Both the position numbers and the translations under genes were made by a program. The notes beneath the pieces were generated by a model that was not told the DNA's origin, searched no databases, and saw only the letters and a list, made by a program, of their open reading frames with translations. A stretch of 24,000 nt of DNA from Salmonella phage DaR-2019b, in sequence record MK965970.1. One strand, 5' to 3'. Of the stretch, positions 7,817 through 16,498 are shown one piece after another (position 1 is the stretch's first letter; each line of letters opens with the position of its first letter).

Positions 7817-10183
7817 ATGCGCATGGTAAACGACCACGCAGAAGTGATTAAGAGTTCAACTTCTTTGGAGACATCTCAAGCACAGATTACAATGACACCT
7901 GAAATGTTCAGCCTTTTGAGTTCTGGTGTATACACATTTAAAGAGCGAGCAGTGATTCGTGAACTGTCATGTAATGCAGTGGATGCTCAGAAAGAAGCTG
8001 GAAAAGAGAACATCCCTTTCCATGTGCATTTACCTACTCGATTTGAGCCTTACTTTGAAGTCCGTGACTTTGGAACTGGTTTAACCCACGACAAAGTAAT
8101 GAGTTTGTATCTGAACTACGGGGCTTCTACGAAGAATGACTCTAATGATTACATTGGTGCAATGGGTATCGGCTCAAAATCCCCATTTGCAATTGCTCAG
8201 TCATTCACAGTATCTAGCTATGTTGATGGTGTTGTTAATAAGTACTCTGTTTACCTTGAGAATGGTATCCCTCAAGTAACTAAGCTTACTACTAACCCAA
8301 CAAATGAACCCAATGGTTTAGCTGTACGTGTAGCAGTTGCTGACCACCGTATTTCAAAGTTCTTTGAAGAGGCTGGTCACGTATATTCATACTTTGCTGT
8401 AAAACCAGAAAGCAATATTGTATATGATGATGTGTTAGCAGATATGAACGTCATTGCCCGTGAAGAGGGTGTTTATGATGCTATGATTCATAAGCAAAGC
8501 TGGCGTTCTAGTGGCAACAGGACAGAGTTTAATGTGGTGATGGGTAATATTGCCTATCCAGTTAATATGGAAGCATTACTTGGTGATGATTTCTTCAAAG
8601 TCTTGCCAGAATTTTTCCGTAGGAGCGTAGACCTTGTAAACATTTACATGCCTATTGGTTCAGTTGCTATTGCAGCTTCTCGTGAAGCATTGCAGATGAA
8701 TGATACGACAAAAAATGTTATCATTGAGGCTACTAAAAAGATAACTGAAGCAATTACAAAGGATGTTATCAAGAAAGTTAATAGCCAACCTACACTCATG
8801 GATGCTGCACAGGCTTATGCAGAGTTACGTTTGAACTCACGAGAAATGTTTAATGCTGTGTGTCCAAAGCTAGAGTGGGGTGGTGTTAAACTTGATACTC
8901 TGGAAGAAGAATTACTAAACATTCGTCGTGGGATTATCTACGCAGAAGACGGCTCAGTCATTTATGAACGTGACGGTAAAGGTAATATTAAGGTTGATAG
9001 GAACGGAAACAATATTCCTAAAGTGGACTACCTATACAATCCAGTTGCTTATGTCAAGTTTAACTCTTTAGAGAGTAAGATTCGTGCAACAGCACTTTCC
9101 TACACTCAAGAAGCAAGCATGTTCAATATCTTTGGTGCAATGCGTAAAAGTCAAATTGAACAGTTTTTGTTTGTTATTAATGACCGTCGCAATAAAAATG
9201 GTACTGAGAAGACTGTAGGCCGCAATCAGATTCTGCGTGGTGCATGTCGAGACTATGCCAGTGAGTCAAGTCTGTTTCACAGATACAATGGTATTGTGTT
9301 TGTATTCTCGACTGAAAAAGATTTAGATGATTTAATCAATCTACACAAACTTGATAAAAGCTTGTTAAAGATTGTGAAAATGTCTGATAAGGAACACCAT
9401 TACCAGCGCAAAGAAGCTGTAAGGGGTGTTGTAAAGCTCTGGAAAGCTGTACCGGCAGAGGGTGTAGCCTCATACACAGAGGTGTCAGAAGACTTAGACA
9501 CAATTGAAGAACCTCAGCTTTACATTAAGGCAGTTGGTGACACAGTTGATGGCGAATGTTTTTGCTCATCTCCAGAAGATGTAGCTAAGTCAGTTGCTAA
9601 TGTTATAGGAAAGACAGTCTATGTTTTCCGAAAAGCAAATTGGAAAAAGATACCAGAAGACTGGATTGAAGTAGATGAGAAGCTCTTGAACGACAGCTTA
9701 ACTGATGTTCACTGGATTAATCATAACAGGTATATGACACGCATCTACATGAATGGTGTTCTTGACCTTACAAGCAGTTGGATTATTGCCAGAAACTTTA
9801 CATTCAATAACAGGAAGATTTCTCGTGGTTATTGCTACTCACGAGATACTAGCAAAACTATCTTCCTAGAAGGTAACGAAGAGGCTGTAGAGGCAATTTT
9901 CGGTAAAATCCAGTATGTTGCTGCACCGTTTGCATACACTTACACTATTAGTAGATTGCAAACTTTGAAAGAATGCCTTGACAACGATACAAAGCTGTAC
10001 AAGAAAATTAAGAAAGCTGGTGACCGTATGGTTATCAAGGTGACAAACTACCTTTCAAAAAGAAAACAAGAAAACTTCTTGCTTTCCCATTTAGATTGGA
10101 ATAAAGTGTCACCTATTGAAGTGAGTAAGTTTTTAGGCTTTAATGTGAAATGTGTTCCAGAAGGTACAACAGTTTACGATTAA
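7817..10183 (+). CDS. rIIA: RIIA-like protein with GHKL ATPase fold
   Basis: AVIRELSCNAVDAQKEAG (N-box), FEVRDFGTGLTHDKVMSLYLNYGASTK (G1), IGAMGIGSKSPFAIAQSF; followed by RIIB-like gene. Confidence 0.92.
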   Translation: MRMVNDHAEVIKSSTSLETSQAQITMTPEMFSLLSSGVYTFKERAVIRELSCNAVDAQKEAGKENIPFHVHLPTRFEPYFEVRDFGTGLTHDKVMSLYLNYGASTKNDSNDYIGAMGIGSKSPFAIAQSFTVSSYVDGVVNKYSVYLENGIPQVTKLTTNPTNEPNGLAVRVAVADHRISKFFEEAGHVYSYFAVKPESNIVYDDVLADMNVIAREEGVYDAMIHKQSWRSSGNRTEFNVVMGNIAYPVNMEALLGDDFFKVLPEFFRRSVDLVNIYMPIGSVAIAASREALQMNDTTKNVIIEATKKITEAITKDVIKKVNSQPTLMDAAQAYAELRLNSREMFNAVCPKLEWGGVKLDTLEEELLNIRRGIIYAEDGSVIYERDGKGNIKVDRNGNNIPKVDYLYNPVAYVKFNSLESKIRATALSYTQEASMFNIFGAMRKSQIEQFLFVINDRRNKNGTEKTVGRNQILRGACRDYASESSLFHRYNGIVFVFSTEKDLDDLINLHKLDKSLLKIVKMSDKEHHYQRKEAVRGVVKLWKAVPAEGVASYTEVSEDLDTIEEPQLYIKAVGDTVDGECFCSSPEDVAKSVANVIGKTVYVFRKANWKKIPEDWIEVDEKLLNDSLTDVHWINHNRYMTRIYMNGVLDLTSSWIIARNFTFNNRKISRGYCYSRDTSKTIFLEGNEEAVEAIFGKIQYVAAPFAYTYTISRLQTLKECLDNDTKLYKKIKKAGDRMVIKVTNYLSKRKQENFLLSHLDWNKVSPIEVSKFLGFNVKCVPEGTTVYD

Positions 10184-10188
10184 AGTGC

Positions 10189-10218
10189 TTGACAAGGGGA
10201 TTTGAAGCCCCTTAAAAT
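10189..10218 (+). promoter_or_regulatory. Putative sigma70-like promoter upstream of rIIB with a dyad in the spacer
   Basis: TTGACA - 18 nt - TAAAAT; AAGGGG (10194-10199) / CCCCTT (10208-10213) dyad. Confidence 0.55.
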
Positions 10219-10262
10219 AGCCTCACAAAATGATTTATTAACTAACAAGAGAGAGTAATAAG

Positions 10263-11372
10263 ATGACTACTAAAACTAAAGCACAGATTGACGCAGAAAT
10301 TTACAAACTGGTTAAAGAGGGCAAGCTGACTAAAACAGCTATTGCACAGAAATTTAACACCTCAACCCGTTCAGTCGGTCGTGCTGTAGAGCGTCATGAA
10401 GCAACCTTAAAAGGGAATAAAAAGGCAACTTCTACACCAGCTACGAAGACTTTAAAGCAAGTTGCTAAGACCTTTAAAAAGAAAGCTGACAAGCCAGTTA
10501 AAAAGGCTGTTAACGAGGATGTACAGAAAGCTCCGGTAAATAAACTGCATGAAGCTATGCAGAATGGTAACCAGATTGAGTACATGATTACTGGTGACTC
10601 TGTTATCATGACTTTCGGTGCAGATTCTGAAATCGTTGAATCTACCCATCCGAACTACAAAGAAATCGTGATGGCTGTTGTATCCGGTGAGTATAAGAAA
10701 GCTTTCGAACTGATGAACATTCGTAAGTCTATCGAAAACTTCACTCAGGGTGCTATCACCATCAAAGGTGACAAGTTATTCTACGGTGCTGTTGAGATGC
10801 GTTCTACTCTGGTTGACCGTATTCTTCACATGATGAAGACTGGAGATAAAGGTTTTGAACGGCTTGTAATGTTCTTCGAAAAACTGATGGAAAACCCATC
10901 TAAAGATTCTGTAGAACAACTTTGGGGCTTCGTATCTCACCTTGATGTTGAGATTGATGAAGAAGGTTACATCATTGGTTGGAAGAAAGTATCTACTCGT
11001 GAAGGCAAGCTGGTTGACTCCCACACCTACAAAGTACCTAATGATTTGGGTAACATTGTAGAAATGCCACGTTGGATGGTTGATAACAACCGTAACGTGA
11101 CTTGTTCTCAAGGTCTTCATGTTGGTGCTTGGGACTATGTTCGTTGCTTCTCAGGTGATACAGTCCTGAAGGTTCGTGTCCATCCACGAGATGTTGTATC
11201 TGTTCCAACTGATTACAACGATATGAAGATGCGTTCGTCTCGTTATGAAGTTGCAGCAATCGTTGATAATCAACGTAAAGTGCTGAAAGAATGGGATGGC
11301 AAGACTGAAGCTTTGCATGTCATCGTTGGCACTGCTGGAGAACTTATCTCCCAACGTAAACGTGAAATCTAA
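10263..11372 (+). CDS. rIIB: RIIB-like protein with N-terminal HTH-like segment
   Basis: KLTKTAIAQKFNTSTRSVGRAVE (HTH-like); IENFTQGAITIKGDKLFYGAVEM, LWGFVSHLDVEIDEEGYIIGWKKV, CSQGLHVGAWDYVRCFSGDTVLKVRVHPRDVVSVPTDYN; adjacent to rIIA. Confidence 0.92.
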   Translation: MTTKTKAQIDAEIYKLVKEGKLTKTAIAQKFNTSTRSVGRAVERHEATLKGNKKATSTPATKTLKQVAKTFKKKADKPVKKAVNEDVQKAPVNKLHEAMQNGNQIEYMITGDSVIMTFGADSEIVESTHPNYKEIVMAVVSGEYKKAFELMNIRKSIENFTQGAITIKGDKLFYGAVEMRSTLVDRILHMMKTGDKGFERLVMFFEKLMENPSKDSVEQLWGFVSHLDVEIDEEGYIIGWKKVSTREGKLVDSHTYKVPNDLGNIVEMPRWMVDNNRNVTCSQGLHVGAWDYVRCFSGDTVLKVRVHPRDVVSVPTDYNDMKMRSSRYEVAAIVDNQRKVLKEWDGKTEALHVIVGTAGELISQRKREI

Positions 11373-11385
11373 TAAGTAATTTCTT

Positions 11386-11412
11386 AAAAGGCTGCTTCGG
11401 CGGCCTTTTTTA
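11386..11412 (+). terminator. Rho-independent terminator
   Basis: AAAAGGCTGC-TTCG-GCGGCC followed by TTTTTTA. Confidence 0.93.
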
Positions 11413-11413
11413 T

Positions 11414-11441
11414 TTGTATTTTGTGCAGAGTGCTGTATAAT
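11414..11441 (+). promoter_or_regulatory. Putative sigma70-like promoter for the lysis/HAD gene block
   Basis: TTGTAT - 16 nt - TATAAT just after a terminator and about 30 nt before the 11473 start. Confidence 0.6.
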
Positions 11442-11472
11442 TGTTGTCACGATAAACTAAACAGGAGAACCA

Positions 11473-12021
11473 ATGAAGAAATTGATTCTAGGTTTGTGCT
11501 TAATGTTTACAGCACACTTATCTTATGCAGTTGACTGCCCAGAGCTATCAATTAGCCAAAAAGTAAACATGTTAAAAGCTTACCAGTATGGTGAGAATAA
11601 TATGGGTAAAGGTTGGGGTATTACTCTAGCAGCTATAGCCTTACAAGAGTCAGAGTTAGGTCTGAAGGTAGAGAATAAAAAGACCCATGACTATGGTATT
11701 TTCCAGAATCACTTGAAGACTGTTGTAAAGCGTAACAAAATTAGCCCTAATGTGGCTAAAAAGAAACTCTTAAGGGACTTTGACTATGCTGCGAAGGAAA
11801 CGCACAAAGAACTTGAGTTTTGGACAAAGGTGCATGGTCAGCCAAAGTCAAAGAAGACTTTACAAAAAGTTTTAGCATCATATAATGCTGGGTATTCGTA
11901 CAGAATCCCTAAAGCTAAGAAATATTCTCAAGATGTTTATAACAATATGAAAGTAATTGCTCAATGTGAATTTGCAACAAACATTTCTAAGGTAAACCAT
12001 GAAAAAATTAAAAAAGTCTGA
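11473..12021 (+). CDS. Secreted lytic transglycosylase-like (SLT/lysozyme-like) protein
   Basis: Signal-peptide-like MKKLILGLCLMFTAHLSYA; ITLAAIALQESELG, HDYGIFQNH, ASYNAGYSYRIP. Confidence 0.8.
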   Translation: MKKLILGLCLMFTAHLSYAVDCPELSISQKVNMLKAYQYGENNMGKGWGITLAAIALQESELGLKVENKKTHDYGIFQNHLKTVVKRNKISPNVAKKKLLRDFDYAAKETHKELEFWTKVHGQPKSKKTLQKVLASYNAGYSYRIPKAKKYSQDVYNNMKVIAQCEFATNISKVNHEKIKKV

Positions 12022-12694
12022 TGAAGTACTGTGTCATGCTTATGACTTACATCCTCATGAGTTAGGTCTTGACTCCTGTGTATGGACTCCAGAGCAGTGT
12101 AGGGATTTTGAAGATACAGCAAGAGAAGTTGTATGTTCACTTGAAGAGTTCCACACATCAGAGCCAATTGTCAATGTTGTGGACAAAGAGACTGGGCAAT
12201 CCATAGGTGTAAAACGTGATAGCTTAGTCATAGTCAACAAAGACCTTGTAGAGAAAGGTAATCTTATCTTAGCAGATATTGATGGAGTTCTTACAAATTT
12301 TAATCACGAAGATTGTTCAACGGAATTGACTGATGGCTCATTTTCACAGTATACTAATCTTCTTGATTCTGTAAGAGCAAAACCAACGTATGTTTTCAAT
12401 ATCATTGATGCAATTGCTAATCATGCTGCCGTTGGACTCTTGACAGCGAGAGGTGAATCTCAGAGAATACCCACTGAGATGTTTTTAAGGCATAACACGG
12501 AGCATGACTACATGCTTTTTATGCGTGGTTTTGGGACTAACACTATAAGTGCAGAAAGTTTGAAAGTGAGGATGATTCAGTCTTGCATTCTGCCTTACTT
12601 TAATATAGTATGTTTTATAGAAGACACAGAGAAGAATGTGCAGAAGGTGAACAGAATCCTTCCACACATCAAAACCATGTTAGTTAAACATTGA
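11999..12694 (+). CDS. HAD-like phosphatase domain protein
   Basis: LILADIDGVLTNF, AAVGLLTARGESQRIP, VCFIEDTEKNVQKV; resembles the phosphatase domain of phage polynucleotide kinase/phosphatase proteins. Confidence 0.65.
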   Translation: MKKLKKSDEVLCHAYDLHPHELGLDSCVWTPEQCRDFEDTAREVVCSLEEFHTSEPIVNVVDKETGQSIGVKRDSLVIVNKDLVEKGNLILADIDGVLTNFNHEDCSTELTDGSFSQYTNLLDSVRAKPTYVFNIIDAIANHAAVGLLTARGESQRIPTEMFLRHNTEHDYMLFMRGFGTNTISAESLKVRMIQSCILPYFNIVCFIEDTEKNVQKVNRILPHIKTMLVKH

Positions 12695-12704
12695 GAGAAA
12701 ACTT

Positions 12705-13169
12705 ATGAACAATATCATTACGGTAGCACTGGACGTTACGGCAAACAAATCTGAAGTAGTTCGTAACATTATCAAGAGCAACTTTGAGGGTAAAATCTTC
12801 CGTGCTGTCAATGTAAAAGCAGACGGTAACATTCGGGAGTATCGTGCCCTTTTGAATGTTAAGAAACACGTCAAAGGTGCTGGCTCAACGACTGCACACA
12901 AAGAAAACCTGATGACCATCTATGATATGGGGATGGCTTCAGAATTAGGTGCTGAAGGTATCGTTAAAGAAGGTGCTCCGTATCGCTCTTTCAATCTGGA
13001 AACTGCTCTCATGCTTTCCTTTACAAGTGGTTCTAAAACAACTACTTATCTCTTTACTGATGCTGCAACGGTATCTACTATCAAGGATAGCACTGTCAAA
13101 GCTGGGGTAGCTGCTGCTGCAAAAGCTTCTTCGATGGCTGCAAATGTCCTTGCTAAAGTCCTCGGTTAA
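12705..13169 (+). CDS. Hypothetical protein
   Basis: 154 aa ORF with upstream GAGA-type RBS and downstream terminator. Confidence 0.75.
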   Translation: MNNIITVALDVTANKSEVVRNIIKSNFEGKIFRAVNVKADGNIREYRALLNVKKHVKGAGSTTAHKENLMTIYDMGMASELGAEGIVKEGAPYRSFNLETALMLSFTSGSKTTTYLFTDAATVSTIKDSTVKAGVAAAAKASSMAANVLAKVLG

Positions 13170-13180
13170 GGTTAAGATAC

Positions 13181-13204
13181 AGGCTCCTTCGGGAGCCTTT
13201 TTCA
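13181..13204 (+). terminator. Rho-independent terminator
   Basis: AGGCTCC-TTCG-GGAGCCT followed by TTTTTC. Confidence 0.93.
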
Positions 13205-13221
13205 TTTCAGGAGATTGTTAA

Positions 13222-13569
13222 ATGACATTTAAAGAGTTCTGTCAAGCCACTTTCATAATTGTTTTCTTAGTTGGGGCAGGTGTCTGGGGAGGATACTCTT
13301 ACAGAGACTATCAAGTTGCTGAAACTGAGCTAAATAATGAGAAACTAATAAGTGTTGCTAAAGATGCTTATCAGGAAGGTTTAGCCACACTGAGCACCAA
13401 TTACAAAAATGATTTGAAAGATGTGCTTGCTAAGAATAAGCATACAAAAGAGGTACTAACATATGAAAAAACTAAGCCAGAGTTTTATAATGTTTGTGTT
13501 ACTGATAACTATGTCAGGGTGTTCAACGAACAAAGTGAACAGTACATTCAAAAACTCCCAAGTAAGTGA
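13222..13569 (+). CDS. Putative i-spanin (Rz-like)
   Basis: Single N-terminal hydrophobic segment, charged helical body, embedded lipoprotein gene in another frame. Confidence 0.7.
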   Translation: MTFKEFCQATFIIVFLVGAGVWGGYSYRDYQVAETELNNEKLISVAKDAYQEGLATLSTNYKNDLKDVLAKNKHTKEVLTYEKTKPEFYNVCVTDNYVRVFNEQSEQYIQKLPSK

Positions 13570-13732
13570 GAGCGATAAGTACACTCAAGAAGAATCACGG
13601 TATATCATCAAAGGCAACACAGGCAGTGATGTAGCAGCAGCACTTGAGTTCTACCGTGACGGCTTTTACCAGTGTACAATTAAAGCTAATAACCTTATTG
13701 ATATGATTTTATTAGGGAATAAGCAGCAATGA
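13463..13732 (+). CDS. Putative o-spanin (Rz1-like lipoprotein)
   Basis: MKKLSQSFIMFVLLITMSGCS lipobox; starts inside the i-spanin-like gene in a different frame. Confidence 0.72.
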   Translation: MKKLSQSFIMFVLLITMSGCSTNKVNSTFKNSQVSESDKYTQEESRYIIKGNTGSDVAAALEFYRDGFYQCTIKANNLIDMILLGNKQQ

Positions 13733-13998
13733 CAGAGAATCAAGATACTTTCTATGTAGAAGGTTACTTACTGTTACCACGACCAAAAGAAACTTATATG
13801 CGAATCGATTTCTTACCAACCATTATGGATAATGTGATGTGTCATATCTTTATGCAAGGTATCACAGCACAGCTTAAGCATGTTGGTAAAGAGTGCAAAA
13901 TAAAGGTTGACACTCATCCAGAAATCAAAGAGAATCACTACACATGGTTCTTACCAGACTCTAAAGAAATCTTAGCAGTTCTTAAAACGAGGAAGTAA
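13729..13998 (+). CDS. Hypothetical protein
   Basis: ATGA overlap with the upstream ORF; 89 aa. Confidence 0.7.
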   Translation: MTENQDTFYVEGYLLLPRPKETYMRIDFLPTIMDNVMCHIFMQGITAQLKHVGKECKIKVDTHPEIKENHYTWFLPDSKEILAVLKTRK

Positions 13999-14000
13999 CT

Positions 14001-14327
14001 ATGCAGATTAATGGAAGAGACTTTGTAGCCGTTTACTACGAGAAAGATAAAGAAGTTGGCGTAGCACAGGTATCTTATGGCAATGGTAAGTGGCTATATG
14101 GAACAACCGCAGTAGTCGGGACAAGAAGTGATACAAAAACTTTTAAAGATTGTGTTGACCTTCTTGAAGAATCCATTCAGAATCATTGGTGTCTGATATG
14201 GATGACTGACAACGAAGTGATAGAACGCTTCAAAAAGATTGATATCAACATTGATAGTATTGAGCATGTTGATTTATATGAGTTAACTGAGAAGGTAAAC
14301 TATGAAAGTAATACTAGCCAGAGATAA
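14001..14327 (+). CDS. Hypothetical protein
   Basis: 108 aa collinear ORF with upstream AGGAAG. Confidence 0.7.
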   Translation: MQINGRDFVAVYYEKDKEVGVAQVSYGNGKWLYGTTAVVGTRSDTKTFKDCVDLLEESIQNHWCLIWMTDNEVIERFKKIDINIDSIEHVDLYELTEKVNYESNTSQR

Positions 14328-14529
14328 AAAGACACGTAAACTTATCAGGTCAGCGGTGTTCATTGGACGAAATGAGGTCATCCCATTTACAGCAAATGAT
14401 GTGATAGCTTACCGGAAGAACTTAGTATTCACTGACTGTTTACGTGGCTTCATTTCTGAACCATTGGAAGACTTTAAAAGTCGTTGTGGTAAAGGCATCA
14501 TCATTCAAGAGGTAATTATTCATGGCTGA
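14302..14529 (+). CDS. Hypothetical protein
   Basis: 75 aa ORF overlapping both neighbours by short distances. Confidence 0.6.
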   Translation: MKVILARDKKTRKLIRSAVFIGRNEVIPFTANDVIAYRKNLVFTDCLRGFISEPLEDFKSRCGKGIIIQEVIIHG

Positions 14530-14722
14530 CTTCTGCAAAGACTGTTCTATCGAAATGTTCGGACGTGATACAGGTGACTTAAAAGGTCTTATCACTGAAG
14601 ATGACTTTAAAGCTGGTTATGCAATGCCAGTAATCTGTGAAGGTTGTGGGTGCATCTGGGTAGACCACGAAGGGCAACGTGTAAAACCTTCAGAAGATAA
14701 AGAATCTTGGGAGAGATGTTAA
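14522..14722 (+). CDS. Small putative zinc-binding protein
   Basis: MADFCKDCSIE...VICEGCGCIW: two CxxC pairs. Confidence 0.65.
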   Translation: MADFCKDCSIEMFGRDTGDLKGLITEDDFKAGYAMPVICEGCGCIWVDHEGQRVKPSEDKESWERC

Positions 14723-15508
14723 ATGGGTATTGTAAAAATCATCAAAGGTGATATCTTTGACGCATTTGATAAAGGTAAGTTTGACATCATTGGTCATGGT
14801 TGTAACTGTATGAACCTAATGGGTGCAGGTATCGCTGATAAGATTTCTAAACTTTACCCAAAAGCATATGAGACCGATACAGAAGTTTATCTATATGCAG
14901 GTGGTATAGGCCACAAACCCTGTGAAAATTTACTGGGTAATTTCTCCGTAGCACGTTTAAAACAAGGTCGTATAGCTAACCTTTACACTCAGCTTAAGAC
15001 TGGTAAAGATGCACGATACAGTGCTTTAGAGTCATCTTTGAAACAGCTTAACAGATACTGTGAAGTTAACCAGTTGAAGAAGGTTGGTCTACCTATGATT
15101 GGTGCAGGTATCGGTGGGTTAGACCCTCAAGCCGCCACAGTTATCATTAATCAGGTGATGAAGAGTGTAGATGTGTATCTTTATGTCTACGAAGGAGAGA
15201 TGTACCACAAGTTACACTCAGGTTGGAAGAACTACTGTGAACCAGAATACTTTGCAGGTGTAGTAGTGTTCACTAATGATGCAGTTACCCTCTTCAGACG
15301 AAGAAAAGGTAAGATACATCAAAGTAACCCTCCGGTTGAAAAGATGTCTCTAAGTAACGCTCTAGTTACCCACCTGTCGAAGAGCAGTCACAGGATTGCA
15401 GTAACATTTGGCAGTGATGCAGATGCTTACATCTATGCAAGAACTGATGAGGGTATCGAGACGGTTTTCTCTTCACCAGAGCTTACCTTCTTAGACGCAA
15501 AGAACTAA
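14723..15508 (+). CDS. Macro domain (ADP-ribose-binding) protein with additional C-terminal region
   Basis: VKIIKGDIFDAF...DIIGHGCNCMNLMGAGIADKISKLYPKAYETD...VGLPMIGAGIGGLD: macro-domain signature. Confidence 0.87.
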   Translation: MGIVKIIKGDIFDAFDKGKFDIIGHGCNCMNLMGAGIADKISKLYPKAYETDTEVYLYAGGIGHKPCENLLGNFSVARLKQGRIANLYTQLKTGKDARYSALESSLKQLNRYCEVNQLKKVGLPMIGAGIGGLDPQAATVIINQVMKSVDVYLYVYEGEMYHKLHSGWKNYCEPEYFAGVVVFTNDAVTLFRRRKGKIHQSNPPVEKMSLSNALVTHLSKSSHRIAVTFGSDADAYIYARTDEGIETVFSSPELTFLDAKN

Positions 15509-15538
15509 GAAACTTCGTAGTATATTCACAATAGACTA

Positions 15539-15585
15539 AGCCTTTCTTATCTGGTAAATTTTTCAGGTAAGGAGGGCTTTTTCAT
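15539..15585 (+). terminator. Rho-independent terminator
   Basis: GCCTTTCTTATCTG / CAGGTAAGGAGGGC stem with wobbles, then TTTTT. Confidence 0.75.
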
Positions 15586-15760
15586 TTCAGAATTGTGCAG
15601 GTAGAGTTCTGTAGAGAAATCTATAGAGAAAATTTTGAACTCCAAAGAGAAAATTCATTTTCAAACTGTGCAGGTAATCTCCAAAGAGCTTTTTCATTTT
15701 CAAAACGTGCAGACCCCGCTCAGGTCGGGCAAGAAAAATCATTTTAGAATTGTGCAGGTA
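15581..15760 (+). repeat. Four degenerate copies of a TCATTTYAxAAYTGTGCAGGT-like motif, including two tandem 39-nt units
   Basis: Copies near 15581-15602, 15654-15675, 15693-15712 and 15739-15759; units 15637-15675 and 15676-15714 align end to end. Confidence 0.75.
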
Positions 15761-15937
15761 GGTGGGTGTAGGTGGGGCTGTCGCCATTTCTCACAAGGCT
15801 ACCACATCTGAAAATAAAAGTCAACAGAAAAATTTGTAGCGGATTGAAAAATAATTCTTGATTGTAGTTCTGTTTTGTGGTAGTCGCGCGCACCCGTTTC
15901 ATTACAATCTTTGCAAAAAATATTTTTAAAATTCCTA

Positions 15938-16017
15938 TTGACTCTTTGAGTATGGTTATCTAATATTTGCATCAGACGGGCAATCAAGCCCACTTCCTAA
16001 ACTGGAGAATCTAAGAA
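15938..16017 (+). promoter_or_regulatory. Linker module 1: promoter, leader hairpin, RBS box
   Basis: TTGACT-17-TAATAT (15938-15966); GGGC/GCCC dyad (15978-15991); TCCTAAACTGGAG before ATG 16018. Confidence 0.85.
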
Positions 16018-16206
16018 ATGGCATCAAGAAAAATTAAAGTTGGCGATGAGGTTAACATTAAGCACGAATACTCTTACAAAATGCTAACTATACGTTCTTA
16101 TAAGGTTTATCAGGTGGAAGCTATCCACAAAGATAACACTTTTTCCTTAAAAGGTTATAGCGAACGTTTCCCTGCTGAACTCTTTGAGAAATGGAGCGCG
16201 AAATAA
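16018..16206 (+). CDS. Hypothetical small protein, possibly SH3-like
   Basis: MASRKIKVGDEVNIKHEYSYK..., 62 aa behind a linker module. Confidence 0.75.
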   Translation: MASRKIKVGDEVNIKHEYSYKMLTIRSYKVYQVEAIHKDNTFSLKGYSERFPAELFEKWSAK

Positions 16207-16412
16207 TGCTTTACAGTCGTGAATTGATGGTTACAACTAACGTTAACACAAAGGTAAAACGTTTTTACATGCAAATTTGTGGCGTATGGTCTAGAATATC
16301 AGAGGCTGACTATTGCAACTATGTAGAAACAGCTATAAACTCTAATTGCTATCTTACAAGAAATACAAGAAAGTACATAAGACAGACAGCAATTTACTAC
16401 TACGATAAATAA
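16206..16412 (+). CDS. Hypothetical small protein (start revised from 16191)
   Basis: TAATG overlap with the upstream stop; MLYSRELMVTTNVNTKVK... Confidence 0.65.
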   Translation: MLYSRELMVTTNVNTKVKRFYMQICGVWSRISEADYCNYVETAINSNCYLTRNTRKYIRQTAIYYYDK

Positions 16413-16417
16413 AGTAC

Positions 16418-16498
16418 TTTACAAGGGGCTTATAGTTCGATAAAGTAAGCCCCAGATAAAGAGCTTTACCACTAAATCCTAAATTGGAGAACTTAAAA
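16418..16498 (+). promoter_or_regulatory. Linker module 2 (GGGGCTTA type)
   Basis: TTTACA-17-TAAAGT (16418-16446); GGGGCTTA/TAAGCCCC dyad; TCCTAAATTGGAG before ATG 16499. Confidence 0.82.

Noticed and set aside
11151-11450. 99-aa minus-strand ORF overlapping rIIB and the downstream terminator
   Set aside because: Crosses a strong terminator/promoter region and is antisense to rIIB, with no domain signal.
12705-13169. Assigning a DNA-binding or SH3-like function to the 154-aa ORF
   Set aside because: No motif strong enough to name; left as hypothetical.
15587-15993. Two minus-strand ORFs (66 and 64 aa) in the intergenic region before the cassettes
   Set aside because: They cover the degenerate repeats and linker promoter, have no supportive RBS noticed and lack domain-like sequence.
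16425-16453. GGGGCTTA/TAAGCCCC hairpin as a canonical Rho-independent terminator
   Set aside because: No U-tract follows and the -10-like hexamer lies within it; retained as a regulatory dyad instead.
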